Shown here in pieces: positions 56,407 to 64,000 of a stretch of DNA of 64,000 nucleotides. The stretch comes from Bacteroidota bacterium (GTDB lineage: Bacteria; Bacteroidota; Bacteroidia; UKL13-3), in NCBI GenBank assembly GCA_027484685.1, contig JAIXSO010000048.1:8477-72476 (forward strand), written 5' to 3'. The translations under genes and the position numbers were made by a program. The first letter of the stretch is position 1. The number at the start of each line of letters is the position of its first letter. The notes beneath the pieces were generated by a model. The model saw only the letters and a program-made list of their open reading frames with translations. It did no database searches and was not told the origin of the DNA.

Positions 56407-56805
56407 CTAAAATTTTTCTCCTTTTTTATAAGGTATATAAACAAATTGAGCCGAAGTGGGTGTGAGCCAAAGCACACAACAATGGGTTTTGTAGCTCTTA
56501 TAGTTTTGTTTAAAATCTTCTTGTTTTGTTTTTTCAATAACTTTACGCTCCACCATTTCTTCTATTGTAGAGGCATAAATATCGTTATCGCGAGCAAAAT
56601 CGGCACGAGCCAAAATAAGTTCGCCAATTTTCACCTCATGTTCCGATGCTATAAAAATGGGAAACTGGGTAAATTTTTCTTTTACCATATCAATGGCCAC
56701 CTCTTTTATTGATTCACTAAAAAAGTCAATATCGGCCTTTAAAGCATTTAGCTGAGTTTCAAATGTTGCATTCATTATTTGGGATGGCGAATATAATAAT
56801 TGCAT
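56407..56805 (-). CDS. hypothetical cytoplasmic protein
   Basis: The frame is open from the ATG at 56805 (MQLLYSPSQIMNATFE...); the track uses a TTG 4 codons upstream. It stops 3 nt before the GT2 gene start. No family recognised. Confidence 0.4.
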   Translation of the reverse strand: MQLLYSPSQIMNATFETQLNALKADIDFFSESIKEVAIDMVKEKFTQFPIFIASEHEVKIGELILARADFARDNDIYASTIEEMVERKVIEKTKQEDFKQNYKSYKTHCCVLWLTPTSAQFVYIPYKKGEKF

Positions 56806-56835
56806 AGCATTGCGCAAAATTGGCAGTAGTTAATA

Positions 56836-56927
56836 GTTTATAGACCATAGACGATAGAGATTTTATGCCTTTAAAAAGTAAAAACTTGTGACAAATAGCT
56901 ATGGTCTATTCATCATAGTCTATAAAC
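56836..56927. repeat. TATAGAC/CATAG word repeats in inverted arrangement in the divergent spacer upstream of lptB
   Basis: gtttatagaccatag (56836..56850) is matched in inverse orientation by ctatggtctat (56899..56909) and gtctataaac (56918..56927). Confidence 0.6.
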
Positions 56928-56996
56928 AATTATAAAAAAATAGCATTATTGGCATTATACTTGCAAAGTAATTACTGCTGTTTAAAGTAAAAATTT

Positions 56997-57719
56997 ATGA
57001 AGTTAGAAAGCCACAATTTAGTTAAGCGTTATAAAAAAAGAACTGTTGTAAACAATGTATCTATTGAGGTAGAACAAGGCGAATGCGTTGGTTTACTTGG
57101 ACCAAATGGAGCAGGAAAAACCACTACTTTTTACATGACAGTAGGTTTAATTAAACCTGATGAAGGAACTGTAACTTTAGATGGTGAAGATTTAACCGCC
57201 ATGCCCATGTACAAAAGAGCTCAAAAAGGTTTAGGCTACTTACCGCAAGAAGCAAGTATTTTCAGGACTTTAAGTGTAGAAGATAATATAAAAGCGGTAA
57301 TGGAACTTACCGATATGACCAAAGAAGAACAGCGCGATAGATTAGAATCGTTAATTGACGAATTTACCTTACACAAAGTGCGTAAAAGCATGGGAAATGT
57401 ATTGAGTGGTGGCGAAAGACGCAGAACTGAAATAGCGCGAGCATTGGCTGTAAACCCCAAATTTATTTTATTAGATGAACCTTTTGCTGGTATTGACCCC
57501 ATTGCTGTAGAAGATATTCAGGTAATTGTAGCTAAACTAAAACATAAAAATATTGGTATTTTGGTAACTGACCATAATGTTCACGAAACACTTTCGATAG
57601 TAGACAGAGCTTACTTACTTTTTGAAGGTAAAATTTTAAAAGCCGGAACTGGCCAAGAATTAGCCGATGATGAAATGGTTCGTAGGGTTTATTTAGGACA
57701 GAATTTTGTGTTGAGGTAG
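56997..57719 (+). CDS. lptB: LPS export ABC transporter ATP-binding protein
   Basis: Walker [10 protein letters not shown], signature LSGGERRR, Walker [13 protein letters not shown], and the characteristic C-terminus [13 protein letters not shown]. Confidence 0.93.
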   Translation: MKLESHNLVKRYKKRTVVNNVSIEVEQGECVGLLGPNGAGKTTTFYMTVGLIKPDEGTVTLDGEDLTAMPMYKRAQKGLGYLPQEASIFRTLSVEDNIKAVMELTDMTKEEQRDRLESLIDEFTLHKVRKSMGNVLSGGERRRTEIARALAVNPKFILLDEPFAGIDPIAVEDIQVIVAKLKHKNIGILVTDHNVHETLSIVDRAYLLFEGKILKAGTGQELADDEMVRRVYLGQNFVLR

Positions 57720-57726
57720 CATTTTT

Positions 57727-57759
57727 AGCTTCTGGCTGTTGGCTTCTGGCAACTGGCAG
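57727..57759. repeat. CTGGC/GCTTCTGGC word block immediately after lptB
   Basis: agcttctggctgttggcttctggcaactggcag. Confidence 0.7.
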
Positions 57760-57930
57760 GGTTATTCTTGTATTTGCAATATGTGTTGTTTTGAATTCCA
57801 ATTCTTCTGAAAACAAACCAGAATTTGTTAGAAATAGGAAAGTTTAGGAAAAAATATTCCTATTAGACAAGTTATGTACAATTCTAAAAAAAACGTTCTA
57901 CGTAAATAAATTTATTCAGACAATTCCAAA

Positions 57931-58896
57931 ATGGTTACAAAATATCTTCAAAGACAACTTCTCATCTGGAAAATCATTCTCGTTTTGACAGCGTGCAATA
58001 GCGGACAACAACCTGATAAAAAAAAATCGGTTAGTAATACAATTACGGACAATGCCCCACTTCTTGACAGTTGCAATAAAATATTGGACCAACTTTTAGA
58101 AATAGATGAATCTAGAGTTATAGATACACTTTCATTTGAAAAATATTATTCAAGCGAAACAATAAAACGGAAAGAAATTAATCTCACATATAATTCGCTT
58201 ACTTTTCATACAAGCAATAAGCAATTTGACAAGCAACTTAGTGCCTTGACAAATTCTTTAATTTCAAAAGATTATATGGAATTGAAAAAAGATTATTTTT
58301 TATTCAGAAAAGATGAAACGAAAAAGGAAAAAGAATCAGGAAAATACCGTTATGGTTGGGACATTGAAATATCTCCAGTTTATGTAAATCAGAATTCTGT
58401 TTCTCTTGCTATTATCAAGTGGTCATATACTGGCGGAATACATGGTTCATTAGATATTTCCTATAAGAATTATATTTTCCGAAATGGAAAAACAAAAATA
58501 TTAACCAATTATGATTTTATTAACGATGAACTAAATTTAGATACTGTTTATTTTGACCCGATTGCGAATAAGGTAATTTTTGAACATCAAAAAAACTCAG
58601 GGTGCTACTTAGTCTGTTTCGGTTGGTCAGAAAAAATTATTTCATTCAAAGAACTTTTTTCTTCATTTTCAGAAGATAGTTCTTTTAGTAATAGGTATTT
58701 TGTTTTTAATTCTGACGGTATTAAAATAAAATACTATGGGGACTACTATGGGGGAGCACAGGGAGTGGACATATACGATTTACAAGACAAAGTAATTCCC
58801 AAAAAAGAATTTCAAAAAGTTGCAAGCAAGATAATTTTGCAACTTTGGAACGACAGTTTATCTAAAAGGGAAAACAGCAGCAGCAGGCACGAATGA
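57931..58896 (+). CDS. lipoprotein with DUF3298/RsiV-like signature (tentative)
   Basis: Lipobox-like LVLTACNSG. The WSYTGGIHGS block resembles the GGAHG motif of the DUF3298/DUF4163 family. The gene looks more AT-rich than its neighbours by eye. Confidence 0.45.
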   Translation: MVTKYLQRQLLIWKIILVLTACNSGQQPDKKKSVSNTITDNAPLLDSCNKILDQLLEIDESRVIDTLSFEKYYSSETIKRKEINLTYNSLTFHTSNKQFDKQLSALTNSLISKDYMELKKDYFLFRKDETKKEKESGKYRYGWDIEISPVYVNQNSVSLAIIKWSYTGGIHGSLDISYKNYIFRNGKTKILTNYDFINDELNLDTVYFDPIANKVIFEHQKNSGCYLVCFGWSEKIISFKELFSSFSEDSSFSNRYFVFNSDGIKIKYYGDYYGGAQGVDIYDLQDKVIPKKEFQKVASKIILQLWNDSLSKRENSSSRHE

Positions 58897-58949
58897 AAGC
58901 ACTAGGCATAAACGGATTTGGCCAATGTAGCGGTTTAATCCTAAGCAGA

Positions 58950-58996
58950 CACATTTGTAGTTATTGATAATTTGGTTCTTAATAACTACAAATGTG
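58950..58996. promoter_or_regulatory. perfect 16-bp inverted repeat (hairpin) downstream of the cassette gene
   Basis: cacatttgtagttatt (58950..58965) / aataactacaaatgtg (58981..58996), 15-nt loop. No T-run follows on the plus strand. Confidence 0.6.
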
Positions 58997-59109
58997 GTAA
59001 AAATCTACCATTCTTTTAACGAAAAAACTATTTTGCCCAATTTTAAAAAAGCCTACCTTTGATGCTATTAAATGATACTATCAGGAAGCCGCTTTGTGGC
59101 AATTCAGTT

Positions 59110-59199
59110 AAAATTCTATAAGCTTGAACTGTTTATAAACTAGCTAATGACGAAATAGATTGCAAGATGTATTTAGGACAAAATTTCGAATTAAGATAA
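59110..59199 (+). pseudogene. relic of an lptB 3' end (last 29 codons plus stop, with two in-frame stops)
   Basis: Ungapped 90-nt alignment with lptB 57630..57719 gives 63/90 identities counted by eye. Translation is KIL*A*TVYKLANDEIDCKMYLGQNFELR* versus [29 protein letters not shown] (17/29 identical). The relic stop codon (59197..59199) directly abuts the MOSC ATG at 59200. Confidence 0.65.
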
Positions 59200-59994
59200 A
59201 TGACTCAAATGAAGTATTGTATTTCTGAAATTTATATTTACCCTATAAAATCGTTGGGCGGAATTAAACTTACCGAGAGCAATATTGAGCCCAGAGGATT
59301 GCAACACGATAGAAGGTGGATGCTTTGCAATGAAAACAACCACTTTATTACACAACGTGAGTTTAAAGAATTAGCACTATTTAAACTCAGTAAAGAAAGT
59401 AACTTCTTTGCCATTAATTACCAAGAAAACAGTTTTCAAATTCCTTTTGAAACAGGTGGCCAAACAGAAACCGTTAAAGTTTGGGATGATGAATGCTTGG
59501 CTATAGAATACACCTTAGGTTCTGCATGGTTTAGCAAAATGTTAAATATGACTTGCAAGTTATTCTACATGCCCAATCAATCGGAAAGAAAAGTGAGCGA
59601 AAAATATGCCCATAATAACGAAATAACCAGCTTTAGCGATGGTTTTCCTATTTTGATAATTGGTCAAGAATCACTCAATTATTTAAATACCAAATTACCA
59701 AAACCAATTGGTATGGATAGATTCAGGCCAAACATAGTTTTTACCGGAGGCAAACCTTTTGATGAAGACCATTTTAAGGATTTTAGCATAGGTAAAAATT
59801 TGCTAAAAGGAGTAAAACGATGCAGCCGTTGTGTAATTACCACCATTGACCAAAATACAACCAAAACAAGTTCTGAACCACTGAAAACATTGGCCACTTT
59901 TAGAAATATGGACAATAATGTACTATTTGGCCAAAATCTCATCACCACAAAAATTGAGCATGAAATTAAAATTGGTGATGAAATTATTTTATAA
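59200..59994 (+). CDS. MOSC domain protein (MOSC N-terminal beta-barrel + MOSC)
   Basis: N-terminus ISEIYIYPIKSLGG, RPNIVF, and the conserved Cys block RCSRCVITTIDQNT. Confidence 0.85.
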   Translation: MTQMKYCISEIYIYPIKSLGGIKLTESNIEPRGLQHDRRWMLCNENNHFITQREFKELALFKLSKESNFFAINYQENSFQIPFETGGQTETVKVWDDECLAIEYTLGSAWFSKMLNMTCKLFYMPNQSERKVSEKYAHNNEITSFSDGFPILIIGQESLNYLNTKLPKPIGMDRFRPNIVFTGGKPFDEDHFKDFSIGKNLLKGVKRCSRCVITTIDQNTTKTSSEPLKTLATFRNMDNNVLFGQNLITTKIEHEIKIGDEIIL

Positions 59995-60192
59995 TTGTAT
60001 AGCAATATGAAAATTTTTAACCCACAGATACTACTAACATTACTAGCAGTAATTTTTGCTTTGCTATTTTACTTTTTCAAAAATAATAGTCAAATGCTTA
60101 GTAGTTATTGGATTGCTGCTCTAATTGGTTTAATCATAAGCTTTGTTATTTACGACTCTATCATCTTTATAAAAAGTAAATTCAAAAAGTAA
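59995..60192 (+). CDS. small two-helix membrane protein, unknown function
   Basis: 65 aa with two hydrophobic helices. It starts immediately after the MOSC stop. Support is an ORF plus hydrophobicity only. Confidence 0.35.
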   Translation: MYSNMKIFNPQILLTLLAVIFALLFYFFKNNSQMLSSYWIAALIGLIISFVIYDSIIFIKSKFKK

Positions 60193-60338
60193 AATTCTTC
60201 TCTTTTTGATTGGCATTTAACACAACAAAGTGTTTGCTAAATGTAAAAATTATGCCTAATTTGTTGTAAAAATAAAACGGTTATAAAAGTTATTGATTTT
60301 AAAATTGACAAATCCATTTTATATCGTTCCTTTGCAAA

Positions 60339-60686
60339 GTGAAAAATAGAACTGCACGTTTATTTATGTTATTAGCATCGGTTTTGATGTTAAAAATATG
60401 TTTTGGACAAAGCATGTTTTCGGCAAATACTAAAGTTGAAAACAAATCGACTATTCACGCCTCAAATAACAATCATAATATTTCGTTAAACCTTGCCAAT
60501 AGTGAGTTTGACGAAGATGAGACCGAGGAAAACAATACCAAAGATTTATTTATTGAATTACACTATTTAAGTGTATTTTTTAATCACATTAACTTAACTA
60601 CTAACTATTTACTTTCTCATCAAATAAGTTACAATTATCCGTTAAGTTTATCAATTTTTAAGGCAATAAATTGCTTTAGAATATAG
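60339..60686 (+). CDS. possible small secreted protein (GTG start), doubtful
   Basis: Signal-peptide-like N-terminus MKNRTARLFMLLASVLMLKICFGQ. The rest is low-complexity. It lies in the long spacer upstream of dabA. Confidence 0.25.
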   Translation: MKNRTARLFMLLASVLMLKICFGQSMFSANTKVENKSTIHASNNNHNISLNLANSEFDEDETEENNTKDLFIELHYLSVFFNHINLTTNYLLSHQISYNYPLSLSIFKAINCFRI

Positions 60687-60880
60687 CATTCCTTAGCCCT
60701 TCAGGCAATTTTTGACTGTTATCGTAGTCAATATTTAAAAAATCAACCATTTTATTAAACATTTTTAAAGCAATTAGCCTTGTTGCAATTTTTTATTGCA
60801 TTTAAGACTGCTTGTTTTTTATTGTAAAACATTAAAACAAACATGACTAAACATATTGATTAGCATGTATTTATGTAAAA

Positions 60881-63379
60881 ATGAAAAATAATCAATCAAA
60901 CTTCAACGAGCATGAGGTTTTGCATGAGTTAAAGCATTTTTTGCCTGCTCAAGCACCATTAAAAGATTTTATTCATCACAATACACTTCATTCGTTTCAA
61001 AACTTAAAGTTTTACGATGCATTACACCAAGCAGCTAAAATATTTGGTTTTAAAACTACCCTTTCACTCAACGATTACAGGAACTTGTACCAAAGTGGTA
61101 AAATTGATAACCAAGTTCTTGAAAACATAATTGCGGAGCAAAAAGGAAAAGATGAATTGGCATTATGGAAAGATAAATTATTAAATAAACAATTTGATTA
61201 TCAAATTGATTCCAGAATAGGAAAACTAAAAGCCAACTGGAAAAACAACTATAAAATAGATATGGATGCATTGGTTCATCCACTGTTATTCAGAATTGTT
61301 TGCAGTTATTTAGATCAAGGAATTGCCATTTGGAATTTCCCAATTGAGCACAAGGGTTTTCTTTCATCAATCAGAGAGTTTGAACGCATGAGTTATGGCA
61401 GTATTTTTAACTCCAAAAGAGTTAGAAATTTACTGCTTAATAACAATTGTTCAATGGAACACTTGCTTGAAATATTGGTAGGCGATGAAACTTTATATGC
61501 TCAATATTTATACGACCAGCAGTTTGCCCACCAAGGCTGGTCGGGCATGGTATCGTTTATAGAAGATAATCCCAATGCAATATTAGATACTAAAAAAATT
61601 ACTTTACATGATTTTATAGTTTTTGAACTTTTATTAGAAATAAACGCATTGGACAGCCAATATGGAGACAATTGGAAACCCATAAAAGATACTTTAAAAG
61701 AAATACCTACACCATTGTTTGCTTCTGTGGCAGTTACAGAACTTAACGAGGTAATTATGCTTTGGCAAGATGCTTATGAATGGACTTATTATGACCAAGT
61801 ATTAGCTGGCGTGCAATTGGGTTATGATAATAAAGCACCCAAAACTGCTAAAAGTTTTCAAGCACTATTTTGTATTGATGATAGGGAATGTTCTATAAGA
61901 AGGTATGTAGAAATAAACGATGAAAAATGCGAAACATTTGGCACTCCAGGATTTTTTGGAGTAGAGTTTTTTTATCAACCTAAAAATGGAAAATTCCATA
62001 CCAAATTGTGCCCCGCGCCTGTTACTCCTAAGTATTTAATTAAAGAAATAAATACCAAAGGGAACAAAGATAAAGATGCTCATTACAGCAAAAAAAGTCA
62101 TTCCCTTTTTCAAGGTTGGATAATATCGCAAACGCTAGGTTTTTCGTCAGCATTTAAACTGGCGGTGAATATTTTCAAACCAACCATGAGCCCTGCTACA
62201 ACTTCATCGTTTAAGCACATGGATAAATTTTCGCAATTAACCATTGAGAACAAAAATATAAACCAACGCGAAGGTGATTTACAAATTGGTTTTACAGTTG
62301 ATGAAATGGTAACGCGTGTTCAAAATTTATTGAATAGCATTGGCTTAATTGAAAACTTTGCTCCTTTGGTTTATTTGGTTGGGCACGGTGCAAGCAGCAT
62401 TAACAATACACACTATGCAGGTTACGATTGCGGAGCATGTTCAGGCAGACCTGGTTCGGTGAATGCACGTGTAATGAGTTTTATGGTTAATCATAAAAAG
62501 GTAAGAGAAATACTTGCAAACAAAGGATTGGTAATTCCCGATACTACTCAATTTATGGGTGTTTTACACGATACCACTCGCGATGAAATGGAATTTTATG
62601 ATGAAGATTTATTGAATGAAACCAATAAAATGTTTCATGAACAAAATAAAAAAACGTTCCAGAAATCGTTGGATGAAAATGCCAAAGAACGCTCACGCAG
62701 ATTTATATTAACCAATACCAAAGACAGTGCTAAAAAAGTGCATGAAGCTGTAAAATTACGTTCTGTTTCATTATTTGAACCAAGGCCAGAATTGAACCAT
62801 GCTACCAATGCATTGTGCATTGTTGGGCAGCGCGAGTTAACCAAACATTTGTTTTTAGACAGGCGTTCGTTTTTGAACTCGTACGACTACAAAATAGATT
62901 TAGATGGCACTTTTTTAACTAATATTTTAAAACCTATTGGACCAGTTTGTGGAGGTATCAATTTAGAATATTATTTCTCAAGAGTAGATAATCAAAAATT
63001 AGGTGCAGGAACCAAATTGCCTCATAATGTAATGGGTTTAATTGGTGTAGCCAATGGAATTGATGGCGATTTAAGACCAGGATTACCGAGTCAAATGATA
63101 GAAGTTCATGACCCTATAAGGATGCTAGTTATTGTTGAGCATTTTCCAGAAATTGTTTTAAAAGCTATTAGCCAAGCATCAGAGACATACGAATGGTATA
63201 ATAATGAATGGATGCATTTGGTATCAGTTAATCCTGTTACCAGAAAATTGCAGGTTTTTAAAGATGGTCAATTTGTGCCTTACAAGCCTTTAAAAACTAA
63301 ATTAGAGTTAGCTCCAAACTTGAATCATTTGGTAGAGTCGACCGAAGAAAATTTCCCAGTTTATTTATTTAATAATTAA
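60881..63379 (+). CDS. dabA: DabA (DUF2309) subunit of a DAB-type inorganic carbon pump
   Basis: 832 aa. DUF2309-like N-terminus (LPAQAPLKDFIHHNTLH). Beta-carbonic-anhydrase-like CxDxR at C331/D333/R335 (FCIDDRE, Cys codon 61871..61873). H502 and C517 are spaced 15 residues apart (GHGASSINNTHYAGYDCGAC, 62384..62431). A NuoL-like gene follows 7 nt downstream. Confidence 0.85.
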   Translation: MKNNQSNFNEHEVLHELKHFLPAQAPLKDFIHHNTLHSFQNLKFYDALHQAAKIFGFKTTLSLNDYRNLYQSGKIDNQVLENIIAEQKGKDELALWKDKLLNKQFDYQIDSRIGKLKANWKNNYKIDMDALVHPLLFRIVCSYLDQGIAIWNFPIEHKGFLSSIREFERMSYGSIFNSKRVRNLLLNNNCSMEHLLEILVGDETLYAQYLYDQQFAHQGWSGMVSFIEDNPNAILDTKKITLHDFIVFELLLEINALDSQYGDNWKPIKDTLKEIPTPLFASVAVTELNEVIMLWQDAYEWTYYDQVLAGVQLGYDNKAPKTAKSFQALFCIDDRECSIRRYVEINDEKCETFGTPGFFGVEFFYQPKNGKFHTKLCPAPVTPKYLIKEINTKGNKDKDAHYSKKSHSLFQGWIISQTLGFSSAFKLAVNIFKPTMSPATTSSFKHMDKFSQLTIENKNINQREGDLQIGFTVDEMVTRVQNLLNSIGLIENFAPLVYLVGHGASSINNTHYAGYDCGACSGRPGSVNARVMSFMVNHKKVREILANKGLVIPDTTQFMGVLHDTTRDEMEFYDEDLLNETNKMFHEQNKKTFQKSLDENAKERSRRFILTNTKDSAKKVHEAVKLRSVSLFEPRPELNHATNALCIVGQRELTKHLFLDRRSFLNSYDYKIDLDGTFLTNILKPIGPVCGGINLEYYFSRVDNQKLGAGTKLPHNVMGLIGVANGIDGDLRPGLPSQMIEVHDPIRMLVIVEHFPEIVLKAISQASETYEWYNNEWMHLVSVNPVTRKLQVFKDGQFVPYKPLKTKLELAPNLNHLVESTEENFPVYLFNN

Positions 63380-63386
63380 TCAAAAA

Positions 63387-64000
63387 ATGGAAAAAATAAT
63401 TCAATTATTCATACTTATTCCTTTGCTTGGTTTTATTATTAGTTTAATTATTCCAAGACAAAATGAAAGGCTTATATCATTAACTGCATTTACATCGGTA
63501 GGCATTAATTTTATTGGCTTTGTAGTTTTTGTTGTCTACTGGCTTTTTAATGGTTTTCCGGTACTTAACTTAAAGGAAATTCTTATTTATAAAACCACCA
63601 ACTACGAATTTTTACTCGATTTTTATTTCGATAAAATTACTGTTGTTTATCTTTTTGTAGGTTCGTTTCTTACCTTTTTAGTTACCATTTATAGTCGTTA
63701 TTATTTGCACCGCGAACATGGTTATAAAAGGTTTTTCAATACCATTTTATTCTTTTACGTTGGTTATAGTATTACTGTGCTTTCAGGTAATTTTGAAACC
63801 TTATTTTTAGGTTGGGAAATTTTAGGTATATCATCGTTTTTACTCATTAGTTTTTACCGCGAAAGATACTTGCCTGTAAAAAATGCCATTAAAGTTTTTA
63901 GTATTTATAGAATTGGCGATGTAGGTATTTTATTAGCCATGTGGATGAGCCATCATTTATGGCACGAAAACATTACTTTTTTAAAATTAAATAATTACGA
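63387..64000 (+). CDS. dabB: DabB (NuoL/ND5/MnhA-like proton-conducting membrane subunit), 5' part; runs off the right edge
   Basis: ATG at 63387, frame open to the window end. It reads MEKIIQLFILIPLLGF...FLGWEILGISSFLLISFYRERYLPVKNAIKVFSIYRIGDVGILLAMW, matching the N-terminal ND5/NuoL pattern (GWEGvG..SyLLIgFw...A..KAf..nRiGD). Not in the supplied track because it is truncated. Confidence 0.8.
   Translation, partial: MEKIIQLFILIPLLGFIISLIIPRQNERLISLTAFTSVGINFIGFVVFVVYWLFNGFPVLNLKEILIYKTTNYEFLLDFYFDKITVVYLFVGSFLTFLVTIYSRYYLHREHGYKRFFNTILFFYVGYSITVLSGNFETLFLGWEILGISSFLLISFYRERYLPVKNAIKVFSIYRIGDVGILLAMWMSHHLWHENITFLKLNNY

Noticed and set aside
1-64000. Scanned spacers for tRNA, rRNA, tmRNA, CRISPR arrays, transposases, integrases, phage genes and toxin-antitoxin pairs.
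   Set aside because: No cloverleaf-like or rRNA-like sequence, no regularly spaced direct repeats, and no ORF with recombinase-like motifs was seen. The only repeats are the hairpin and word families reported above. A covariance-model scan would be needed to exclude small ncRNAs.

Overview
AT-rich (roughly one-third GC by eye) chromosomal segment of a Bacteroidota-type genome. This is inferred from type III glutamine synthetase, PorV/PorQ-like and T9SS C-terminal sorting signals, TonB-dependent barrels with carboxypeptidase-regulatory N-domains, and G-poor leaders lacking Shine-Dalgarno sequences. About 60 protein-coding genes are supported, mostly housekeeping: glnN, greA, lpxK, PNP, dusB, cdsA, fumC, pgk, fabG, efp, lptB. 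There is also a two-component system plus czcCBA-type heavy-metal RND efflux operon, several peptidases, and a dabA-dabB (DUF2309 / NuoL-like) inorganic-carbon pump at the right edge. I found no rRNA, tRNA, CRISPR array, transposase or integrase. Six things deserve a second look. (1) A co-directional trio of a TonB-dependent-receptor-like barrel, a 1279-aa T9SS-sorted protein with no domain I recognise, and a PorV/PorQ-like barrel. (2) Two small gene cassettes, each bounded by a diverged duplicate of the end of the neighbouring essential gene: a pgk promoter plus 5' end relic exactly 2600 nt upstream of pgk, and an lptB 3' end relic abutting the MOSC gene start. One cassette carries a heavily decayed GYF-PrsW pseudogene. 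(3) A family of GTCATTTCGAGCGAAGTCGAGA hairpin repeats, one copy nested in 21-nt inverted repeats. (4) Several families of short 'word' repeats (GCCAGAAGC/CTGGC, AATCTCTAAATC, GTTAGTTGTTGG, GCGGAGT, TAGACCATAG) lying directly 5' of start codons. (5) A translationally coupled vWA-like / membrane / transglutaminase / DUF1826-like cluster. (6) The dabAB pump with intact zinc-ligand positions. All family calls come from motif recognition by eye and need profile searches to confirm.
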